A DNA stretch of 61,312 nucleotides, the filler included, from Trypethelium eluteriae (taxonomy: Eukaryota), in the NCBI GenBank assembly GCA_051942245.1. It is 2 parts of 2 records of this genome, joined end to end, with 100 filler letters (N's around TTAATTAATTAA, not from the genome) between each part and the next. Parts side by side here need not be neighbours in the genome. Positions count along the whole stretch, not along the records: positions 1 to 30,699 come from JAVECL010000284.1; positions 30,800 to 61,312 come from JAVECL010000285.1. One strand, written 5' to 3'. The notes beneath the pieces were generated by a model. That model searched no databases. It was not told the DNA's origin and saw nothing but the letters and a program-made list of their open reading frames with translations. This document shows positions 26,094-36,073 of this stretch, piece by piece. The position numbers were made by a program, and so were the translations under genes. Positions within the stretch are counted from its first letter, which is position 1. The number at the start of each line of letters is the position of its first letter.

Positions 26094-26754
26094 TCATGAT
26101 TCAGTCGTTACCTTCGCCTTTCCGTTTGTCACCTTCACGCCCAACTGCTTTGCCCGCGCAATGATCTCCACCCTCTTCCGCGACGAAACAGCATGAGCGA
26201 TCCTGGGAGTTGTCAGTTTCGAAAACCTTCACTGCTCACAGAACTGGGCGCCACATACTCTGCCGCAAATGTACGGTTGTGCATCAAAAGGACGTCAATT
26301 TCTGCGGGGCGATGGACGAGAAAAGCTTTGTGACCGGACGGCATGAGGTGTCGAGTCTTTGCGTTGCTTCCGTACCCAATCTAAATCGAAGAGTACCATT
26401 AGCCATGTGTCCTTGAAATAACCGATTCCTTTGCTTCTATCTCCTTTCGCTTGAGCAATGCCACCCCCTCTTCATGCTCCCCTGATCCCCCTCTTCTCCA
26501 TATGAAACCAGAAGTACCTTCGGCATTGCAGCCTGGCCCTTGAATCGTCTCCTCACTCTGTTATCGATACCTTTGGGCTTCCTCCAGTTTGGGGCAACGC
26601 ATTTGAAGCGGTCGCTTTGGTGTCGGTTGAAGCGCGCAGTGCCTGGAGATTGCGACGGTCAGAACATCAATTGCCTGGGAAAAAATTTCGCAAGAGGCTT
26701 GAACTATGACTTACGCTTCTTGACGATGGGAACATGCTTCTTTGCGGCCGCCAT
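26094..26754 (-). CDS. RPL32: 60S ribosomal protein L32 (eL32): coding exons 26754-26715, 26642-26518, 26380-26259, 26202-26094, plus a 5'UTR intron 26755-26884
   Basis: Not in the ORF track. Manual splice gives [77 protein letters not shown]...[36 protein letters not shown]. Confidence 0.96.
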
Positions 26755-28038
26755 CTAAAGACAAGTACTATATTAGCTTTCTTTCGCTTTCGCTCGAGGA
26801 TAGACAGGGAACCTGCGATAGTCGCGGCCCACGCGGAGTAGATGATGACAGCCTTTCGATATTGAAGAACTATGTTCGACTTACCTTGCTGGTAGATGAT
26901 GGGTCAATGAATGGAGAATATGTTACTTTTCGTCGTCCGGATGCCAAAATCGAGGCCCCATTCGAGTGGTTGCAGCGCTAGCATCTCGCTTACGGGAAAA
27001 CCATAATCCGCTTCCGTGCAGTCGTGCCATGCCACATGCCCCCCACGCGCTGTTTGTATCGGGTGCAAACACTAAGGCTAAAGTTGTAATCTCTTTAAGG
27101 TTCTCACGCAAGACGTGCCGAGTGTTTCCGGGCGCAATGCATAGAACTATTAGAAACATAGGGTCGTGAGGTCACTGGGGGGACGACTCATGCTGAATGC
27201 GCGACACGTCTCACCTCAATTGACCGGAAAGATTTCCATGCATTAATTCTTCGCATTTCTGATCAGCTATCTCTCTCTCTGATGCCACGACAAGTGAAAG
27301 ACAGGACTGTTTCCGTTCGAGGACAAGGGTAATAACAATAGAGCTGGACGTTTTACCGTCCGCTACGATTATGCTGCATCCCCTGAGCCTTCATAAGTAA
27401 CAAGTCCCCAAAATTAGGTTGGCCGGCGCAGCCGGCCTTTGATAGTATCACATAAACCCCGAATCGACCTTCCTCCCAACCAGGTCTCAGCCTCCCACTC
27501 CCAACTAAAGGAAAACTTCGGACATTCAGCAGCAGAGGAGATGGACCTGGAAGAGAAATGAGAAACTAGAAGCATAGAACGAGACGAACAGAAACAAGGT
27601 ATCCGACAAATTAACACCGATAGTTATTCCCCGTATGTCCTATCCAAAGCGAGAGTTTAGTTTCGTCATCAGCTGGCACAGTCCGCCCCCCTTCCGTTTC
27701 AGCCAGCGCCTTTCGGGTGTACAGAGGCCGTTACTTTGTGTGTGTACCATCAGATCCGACTGCCACCCTGCAGAATCCCAATTTATTACGCCGAGAAGAG
27801 CCCTTAGCTAGACGACGCACGGTAAATAGGAAAATCAGCTAAATGAGTTTGAAATTCAAGGAAATGGGGAATCAAATAGGAATCGAGAGCGAGAGGAAAA
27901 AGGTAGGTGGTCGTGACTGTTCGCGATATGGCCATAATCGGGAAGTGAGATCAGTATTAGGCGTAAGGTTGAGATTTTTGATGAACGCGAACTCGGAAGA
28001 GATGTCGCAGAGATATTGAACACCAGATGCAACAAGTT

Positions 28039-29954
28039 TTACATGTTGGAGTGGCCAGGGCTCAAACCCGGGCTCAAGGATTGTGGATCGATGGTACCAA
28101 AGGGTACAAGGTTTTGCATATCCATGTGAGGCTCCTGATTGTGGTTCTCGGCTGGTGGTCCACGGAGGGGTAGGGTCATGCTCTGTTGCTTCGCATATAT
28201 ATCGTTAAACGAGAGTGTGGCGTCATCGCTGCTACCTTGTTCGTGATGCATAGAGTATAGATCTCCATCATGACCATTATGATCAAGCGACCCGAGAGGA
28301 GGTGACTGATTAGCAATCACAGGATCCGCATGCGGACTGACGGCGGTCAGTGGAGACATTGAAGATGCCGCAACGGTCGATTGGTCAGGCATGGGAGAAA
28401 GGTAATGCATGCTGTAAGGTGTCTGGGCCTGGGCAAAGGTTGATAGATTATCAGACGGAGCAGTGGATGTGAAGAACATTCCGGGGGTTCCGTGTTCGGA
28501 CGGAGAATTGGCCGTCGTCGCCGACATTGGACCAAACTGTTGACGGTAATCGAGTCCATACCCAGCAGAGGTGTCAATGCTGAGATTTGGACCGATTGGG
28601 CCAAAGCCAGGATGATGTTGTGGGATAGGAGCAAATATGTTCGGGTCGGCCACAGGCGCCGGTGCCTGTGGATGCTCTGGCTGGATTAGGAAGGAAGGCA
28701 TCGGATTGTTCCGAAGCATAGAGAAATCAATCGCCACCGGAACCGATCGACTGCGCTGCCTCTTGTGACCGCGCGGTGGCATTCCCATTCCCATCGAGTG
28801 ACTGTCATGGAACGTGTTGATGGAAGGAGGACCCATCTGATTGGGTTGTGATGCAGGCCGAAAGTTCCCGACCGGTGAAACAGGGGCAGATACAGGCATA
28901 TGGTTAGGGTCTTGGAAATGTCGGTTCTGGAAAGACTCAAGTGAAACCAGCTTTGCCAGCTGACCACTCAAGACTTTAGGGTGCCCACCAAGGTGATGTA
29001 CTAGAATTTGAGAAGCTTGCTGCTCCTCGGTGAAGTCACCACATTGGTAGAATCCACCAGAGCCAGAAGAATCCATATAAAAGCATGGCGGTCTGTTTAG
29101 CTCAACCACCAGGCCTCCAGGACGCTGGGCAGCACCTTCTGCATTCGACAAAACATCACCAGATTCTAGAGTAATATTCTTAATAGCCGAGAAGGGATAT
29201 TCGATCTTGTATCCTGCAGAGTCGTTGTTGATATAGTAGGTGACTGTAGAACGGTCTGGTGAGTAGAAGATAACAAGGTCCATAGCGGCTTGGCCGATGC
29301 GACGCCAGGAGCCAATGCTTAGTGAACGGCATGTGAAGTGTTGAATTACTGCTGAAAATCAGTACGAAAGTCATATGATAGATGGCTGGGCTCAAGCCGT
29401 ACCAACTTTGCCACTGCTATTCTCAGGCAGAAGCATAGATCCACTACCGTAAGCGGCGTACGGGCCACCATTCCGACCGAGGTAGTTGGCCCCCAGGCCC
29501 TTTCCCATTTCTATGGCTTGGATAGCAAGATAACGGCGCATTGAGTCTGGGATGTTATCACAGTCCTCGCCAGTCTCAATGCTCCGCTTGGCAAGAGTCT
29601 TTATCTTAGCGCGTCTGGGGAAAGTTAGACCGTGAGTGATGGAATAAATATCATTCAAACACACCGATTTTGGAACCAGATCTGAACGGAACGCTCAGTC
29701 ATGTTAATCTCTTGCGCTATCCGTTCTCGTACAATAGCAGTTGGTGTGGGATTTTTGTTGAATTCCACTTCCAGCGTCATGAGCTGGTCTTGCGTGGCTC
29801 GTTGGCGCTTTTGATTCTTTTGTTGTTGGGTGAGAGTGCTTTTACGGGGCGGTCGACGAGATGCGGAGCCATTGGTCGGGGTAGCGTTGGTGGGGGTGGT
29901 GGCCGAAGGGGATGGCGATGGAGACATGTTGCCCATGACCTCGCTGTTCTGCAT
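28039..29954 (-). CDS. Homeobox transcription factor (Pah1/Hoy1/Phx1-like), 3 exons
   Basis: Homeodomain [17 protein letters not shown]...[16 protein letters not shown]. Conserved block [30 protein letters not shown]...[18 protein letters not shown]. Confidence 0.9.
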
Positions 29955-30699
29955 CTTGGCGAAGATAGACGAATATATCGTGACAAAATAATTCCTGTTG
30001 TCGACTGAGTATGGAAGATATGATAATTACGATAAAGCTTTGCTCCGAGCCCGGTCTTGAAGTCAAGGAACGGGCTCAATGGGCTGGATTGGGCTATAAG
30101 TTGAAAGGGAACAAAGCGGGACTTGTAAGGAACGTGGTCAGTTGGCCAACACCGTCCAGGTGCGTGACTGAACAATGATATGGCCTCGTTTCGATGACAG
30201 GACGTCGACAATAATCGACCAAGGGAAAAATCTGGAATTGGTAGGCCAGAAGGAGGCTGAGAGGGAGTGACCGAGAAACTGGGGCTTAAAGGAGAGGACG
30301 GTTTACGCTGCAAAGGAGCGACAGAGAGTGGATTAGTTGCTAAGGAGCGTGGGTGGAGTCGCAGTCGCCAGACGGACGCGAAAACTCCAAGGCAGAGAGG
30401 CAGGCAGTGAAAAAAGAGAAAGGAAGCCAGAAAAGTAGCAGGCAAATGGGGAGAGAGGGCGAGGAAAGGGTGGAGTGGGAGGACGGGTGGACGGGCTGAA
30501 GTCGGCGAGAAGTCAAAAGGGGAGAGACGGGCGAATGCGCTGCAAGTGCCCCTGGCTAGCGCACGCCGCGACTTGCTTGGGTCTGCTTGGGGCCTCTTGG
30601 GGCTGCTTGGGCCTGCCACGGCCTGCTTTGGAGACGGCGGACGGGAGGTCCCTGCTAGAGTGCCAGACTCGACACGTCCAAGTCCGTTTCGGCCTGCTC

Positions 30700-30799
30700 N
30701 NNNNNNNNNNNNNNNNNNNNNNNNNNNNNNNNNNNNNNNNNNNTTAATTAATTAANNNNNNNNNNNNNNNNNNNNNNNNNNNNNNNNNNNNNNNNNNNN
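30700..30799. other. Assembly spacer: 44 N + TTAATTAATTAA + 44 N
   Basis: Symmetric N runs around a palindromic 12-mer with stops in all six frames, a typical contig-joining linker. Confidence 0.95.
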
Positions 30800-31069
30800 G
30801 TGGTGCGCGATGTCTGGAGCCGGTCGCGTCTGCCGCGGGAGTCTCTGCGCGAGATCTGGGATCTGGTCGCGGGGCAGGGCGGCGTGATGGGGCTGGAGGC
30901 GGGGAGGACGGAGAAGGGCTGTTTGGGACGGGAGGAGTTCGTCGTGGGTATGTGGTTGATTGATCAGCGGTTGAAAGGGCGGAAGCTACCGATTAAAGTC
31001 GGGGAGAGCGTGTGGGCGAGCGTGAGGGGGGTGGGTGGGTTGGTGGTTCCGAAGGCGAGGCGGAAGTGA
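30800..31069 (+). CDS. 3' fragment of an EH-domain protein (Irs4/Tax4-like), truncated by the gap
   Basis: [22 protein letters not shown]...[23 protein letters not shown] matches the C-terminal EH domain pattern. Confidence 0.8.
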   Translation: MVRDVWSRSRLPRESLREIWDLVAGQGGVMGLEAGRTEKGCLGREEFVVGMWLIDQRLKGRKLPIKVGESVWASVRGVGGLVVPKARRK

Positions 31070-31773
31070 GGCGTTTATTGCATTTTCGTTGGGCGTGGCC
31101 CAGACTGGCTTCTGGCATTTCCGTGAGCGTATTTGGCTGGCTTGTCGGGTCTACTCGTATCGAGGCTCGTCCAAAGCTTCCTGTGAATTGCATTTGCTGG
31201 TGTTTTTTGTAATGTCAGTTGGAGCCAGGCGCATTGATTAGGTCAATGGTTAGCGCACATGGCGCTACTGGGCACTTTAGCCATGCTTTTCTTTTGTTGA
31301 TCTTTGTTATCTTACTGAAGTTTGCAATATACCCTCTTCGATCGTACACAGCGATGTAAATGCGAGGCCGAACAATCGTAAACCCAGTTAAGCATGCCCA
31401 TCAACTTTTCCATTCTTGTCATCGTCTGTTTTCCTGTTTCTTTGTAAATGGTGTTAATGTCCGACCGCGAATATTTCGAATCGCGCACGTTTAGGGGCCA
31501 CCTCAACAATAGTTCAAAGGATCATGCGCAGGATTACTATAAAAAGTTCATACTATCCGCAATTGCTACTCAAGCAATGGTATCATGGTATCAGAATGTA
31601 CACATAAAAAAAAGGCTCCCCATTAGCGCATTTGAGCCAATCTTCCTTCAGGGGTCCTCCAAACTTTCCTTCATTATCATATCTCGGGGAAGCTTATCTC
31701 ATCTGCTCGCGGAGCAATGACAGAAGATTAGCTCCCTGACATCTCCCCATGGATTACTCTTATTCAGCCCTGT

Positions 31774-33190
31774 TCATAGCAATAGCCAAGCAAATACTAA
31801 CCCACCGACCGCCGTCATCAGTATGCCCATGGCTGATCGCCCGGCACCGATCAGTGAGCTCCTTGCCGCAATGCCAGATTGAAGAGAAGGCGAGGCAGTA
31901 GCGCCAGCGGTACCGGAGGGCGCCGTGGCTCCAGATGTATCTGTAGCGTTGATTTGGGTCGTGATAGGAGACGAACTGTGGTAAAAAGGGACGGTTAGCG
32001 GTGTGATCGACGTAAGGTTTATTCTCTCGAGCACAAAAGATGCTCATTTGAATGGTGTGGGTAAATTAGGGATGGTGCACGCAAACGTAATGGTGGTTAG
32101 GGCCCTTGGAAAACGACGATGGGTGGTTGTGCCCAATGACGAGCTGCTGCAGGGGTGTCGGTGCTTAGAGGTTCAATGCTCCGAAAAGCAGATGCTTGGG
32201 AATGCATGTAACAGGCTAAATCCTCCAGAAAACTGAAACAGAAATATGTGCTGACGGGAACACATTATGTGCATGACCGAGACCGACAATTGCTCCTTCC
32301 TCAAGAAGTTGGCGCACACAGCAATCCCGACACGTCTTAAGCCTAAACGTGCAGAACGAAAATGGTTCTGATTGTCCGCCAACCAGACCGTACAAATCCA
32401 ATACTGTGCAGATATAATTCTCTTTGTAGAATTGTGGAATCACAATTAATTAAACAGAAGGTTCAAACAGGGTGAAATGTGGGGCTTGAAGGGTAGCGCT
32501 TCCGATGCCAAAATGCTCAAGTGACATACCTGATCCCCGTTGTACTGCCTGCTGCATTGGTCTGGAACGAGGTGCTGAAAACGGTCATGTTCACCACTCC
32601 ACCCGAGCCCGATGGCGACAATGTTGTTTGCACAGTGCTCTTCGGAATCGATGTAGAAGCTACAGGTCCTCCGGGGTTGCTTGTTATTGAGGAGTTTGCA
32701 ATCGATCCGATGCTGCTTGACGTAGTCGAGGAACTGGTACCCGCAGGTCCCGTTGGAGTTATGATGGAGACCGAGGAGGTGTTGGCAGATGAAGTATTTG
32801 TGCCAGTCATGGCTTGAATCGTAAAGGGTGGAGAGGTATCGGAAACAGGACCTTGAGTGAGGACAAGCGTATGTGGTCCTGGAGAAAGTGTGTAGCCTGG
32901 AGTCCAATTGAAGAAGGTGCTGCCGCCCTCTGGAGGGATGAAGCTGAAGATATATGGGCCTTGGTTACTATCGAGCTGTCCACTGACGGGCTGTGACCGA
33001 TATTAGCTAAAGAATGAAGGCGTGAAGAGGGATCACATACTCGTCCATTGCCCTCGGTCCAGCTAATCACCTTTTGCTGACCGTAGTGGATGTCATTCCA
33101 ACTGGCGACGGTGAACTTGCTCAGCCCCGATTCTTGAGCACTGACAGGCAGAGCAATGAAGACGAGATTGAGGAGTGCCAGGTACATCAT
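31774..33190 (-). CDS. Secreted Ser/Thr-rich GPI-anchored protein, 3 exons (long intron 31976-32529)
   Basis: Signal peptide; N-domain with ISWTEGNG and FNWTPG; S/T-rich stalk. Phase-compatible GTATGT...GCTAAC...CAG splice to an exon with hydrophobic GPI tail. Confidence 0.72.
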
Positions 33191-34497
33191 CTCGGATAAG
33201 TGTTCCTTTCGAGTAATGAAACAGTCTGAAGATTCAGATGTAGGTAAGAATCAAAGTGGTCACCAGAAGAGGTGGAGGTGCTCGCACTCTAGGATGCAAC
33301 TTCGCCTTACACAAGAGACGCGCCTGCTTTAAGTGGTATGCAATTGCGACGAATGTGCTTATGGCGCGAATCCAGCCCTGCGCTCAGCCTCGGATGACGC
33401 CAGCGCACGCACGAACAGCTTGCAATTCCAATGCGCGATAAGTGTTTCAACTGCTGAGTGACGACTCAACAGCCTTCAAGGGTTTACACAAATATTGGTG
33501 TATTGATGATAAAGGACACGGCAGCTAACAAACATATGTCAAAGGACCCTACTTTGGCATCCCGCCGTGCCCACTTGGACAAGCTGGAATGATGGGACCG
33601 TCCCGCCCTTATTATTAGCCGACCAACGCCCCCATCATTGCGGGGAACGGATCGGCAGGGTCAATCGTCATCGGCTGTGGTGCGACTGGTGGTTTATCTC
33701 CGGGGTTTGCTATCCTTGTCGAGAATCGTCGTTCTTTGGCGAAACGATGAAGACTGGTTCTGATTGGCAACGCGTTTCAACCTCCGTTTCGGTCTGTCCT
33801 CCCTCCTGGAATACTGCAGCCTGGTGATACTAAGTTTTCGGTCATGCCGTATGATCGCAATCGCAGAGCTGACTTCCGATGAACGGAGCAGACGTCACAG
33901 GTCATCGGACGAGATGGCCATACCTTACACCGTACAAATCGTGTTTCCAGACGATTCTCGAGTCCTAAATACCTTCGTACTGGGTGCTCCCCAGTAGGGC
34001 ATAGGTTTTCGATCTCTCACCTTCTCGCCACTGAAGAAAAATGCTCAACAACCCGACCTTGTTGGACTACTGGCTCCTGCGTATCATACGCTTTCTCTCA
34101 GGCACATGTGCAGGCATAGTGACCAATCAGCCGCGTCATACACGTAATCGGCACCATCTCCGTGGCACACGCCGCTTTTGTAGCTCCCGGACCACACCAA
34201 CTCCTCATGAGGCAGGCAGGGGCACATTTCTTTTCGACTCAAACCATTCACAACCTGTGCCTAGCATGGCTCCGCGCGGTGAGCAGAGCGCGCCAGCCAA
34301 GTGGGCCACTATTCGATCACGTTGATGAGCACGAAGCTTCTATGGTCCGAAGGTTGATTAACGAACGATAACCCGTGTGCCTTCGAGAGCAAGGTATAAG
34401 TAGAGATATTTCCTCAAGAACACTTCTTCCCCTTACAATCCTCGTCATCTAACTACAGAGTCTCTCGTTCATCTGTTGACCTTTCCTACACTTCGTC

Positions 34498-35370
34498 ATG
34501 TTTAAGAAATCTTTGACCCTTGCAGCTTTTGCCACCACTGCTCTTGGGACGCCCCCATCATGTCCTATCAACTCTCCGCTCTCCTGCAGCAACACTACCA
34601 ACGTTCCCGGGACCTGCTGCTTCGAATCCGGCGGCCAAGTTCTACAAACACAGTTCTGGGATACTGATCCTGCGTCGGGACCTGCTGATTCATGGACCAT
34701 CCACGGCCTCTGGCCCGACTTCTGTGATGGAACATATCCTCAATACTGCGACGAGTCGCGCCAATACACGAATATTTCTTGCATTCTCGAGTCATATGGC
34801 AAGGCAGACCTGTTGAGTTACATGAACACGTACTGGAAAGACTATCAGGGTCAAGATCAGACCTTTTGGGAACATGAATGGGGCAAGCACGGCACATGCT
34901 ACTCCACGTTGAGACCATCCTGCTACACAAACTACACTCCTCAAGAAGAAGTAGCCGACTTTTTCCAGCAGACTGTTGATCTTTTCAAGGGACTCAACAC
35001 ATATGAATTCTTGAAGAATGCTAGCATTGTCCCTACAACAGCCAAGAACTATACCAACGCCCAAATCATGGCTGCCCTACGTGCTCCTCGTGGGGTCAAC
35101 GCTACGATTGAATGTTCAGACGGTCAGTTGGACCAGGTCTATTACACTTTCCATGTCCGCGGTAGCATCGATGGCGGCACTTTTGTTCCTTCCGAGCCGG
35201 TTGGTGAAGGAAATGGATGCCCAAGCAGCATTCAGTACCTCCCCAAGAACCTCTCCTCGGCATACCCCACCAACAATACTGAGGTTTGCAACAGTACAAA
35301 CGCAACTTCGAGCCGAAGTTTTGGCTACGGAAAGAGGAGGACAGAACACCCAGTGTACATCTACGAATAG
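34498..35370 (+). CDS. Secreted ribonuclease T2, intronless
   Basis: Signal peptide; CAS I WTIHGLWPD and CAS II FWEHEWGKHGTC; conserved cysteines. Confidence 0.95.
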   Translation: MFKKSLTLAAFATTALGTPPSCPINSPLSCSNTTNVPGTCCFESGGQVLQTQFWDTDPASGPADSWTIHGLWPDFCDGTYPQYCDESRQYTNISCILESYGKADLLSYMNTYWKDYQGQDQTFWEHEWGKHGTCYSTLRPSCYTNYTPQEEVADFFQQTVDLFKGLNTYEFLKNASIVPTTAKNYTNAQIMAALRAPRGVNATIECSDGQLDQVYYTFHVRGSIDGGTFVPSEPVGEGNGCPSSIQYLPKNLSSAYPTNNTEVCNSTNATSSRSFGYGKRRTEHPVYIYE

Positions 35371-35600
35371 GAGCTATCCTTGCATATGTATATATAAGGT
35401 GGATTACGAATGCTCTAGTTAACAATAGATCCGCAATAGATTTGTCTGAATTGGTAAACATGGATTGCGAACATCACCGTCTTCTTGTGTCCGGTCATCA
35501 ATGGGAGACTTGGATTAAATACTTCTTTGCCTATTGGTGAGTGGATGCCTATTCTGGGTCCATAGTTTCGGATCAAGCGCCAAATTTCTAGAAAGGAAAA

Positions 35601-35781
35601 CGCTCCCACGGCTGGGGGGTTCCTCAACTGGTAATTAATACAATGTTATTTCAACTTTGCTGTTATGACCTTGTTGGTCTATGCTAATATCCCCTTAACA
35701 TAGGCCAACATGGTCATAACAGTTAAACTGAGGTAACATTGTATTAATTGCCAGTTGAGGAACCCCTCAGCCGTGGTAAGG
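35601..35781. mobile_element. Palindromic MITE-like element, copy 1 (left end degenerate)
   Basis: Arm CCACGGCTGGGGGGTTCCTCAACTGGTAATTAATACAATGTTA... pairs with ...TAACATTGTATTAATTGCCAGTTGAGGAACCCCTCAGCCGTGG, followed by TAAGG-TA. Homologous to 57723-57904. Confidence 0.8.
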
Positions 35782-36073
35782 TATGTATGCTCTGTTTAGA
35801 CATAGTTTCGATGGATTACTCCTAATCATTGATTAAATATCTAATTAGTGGTCGTCAAATCCTGGATAGATCATGGAAATCTCCTCCAATACCTCCGGTG
35901 CTGTCTTGATCCCTGATTTTATCCCAAACCCGAACGCCATACTTTGCATCTCATGCATCATTATTAAAGCTTTTTCGAGGCACGAAGAAGGGGGTATATT
36001 GAATACACCGCAAGAAGCCCAAAGTCCCAGACCAACATCTCCCACATCCACCTTCCCTCTCTTTTCTCCCCAT

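Noticed and set aside
29777..30619. 280-aa minus-strand ORF overlapping the homeobox start
   Set aside because: Low-complexity translation of a CT-rich leader in a different frame, with no recognisable domain.
30744..30755. Perfect palindrome TTAATTAATTAA
   Set aside because: Synthetic assembly linker, not biological.
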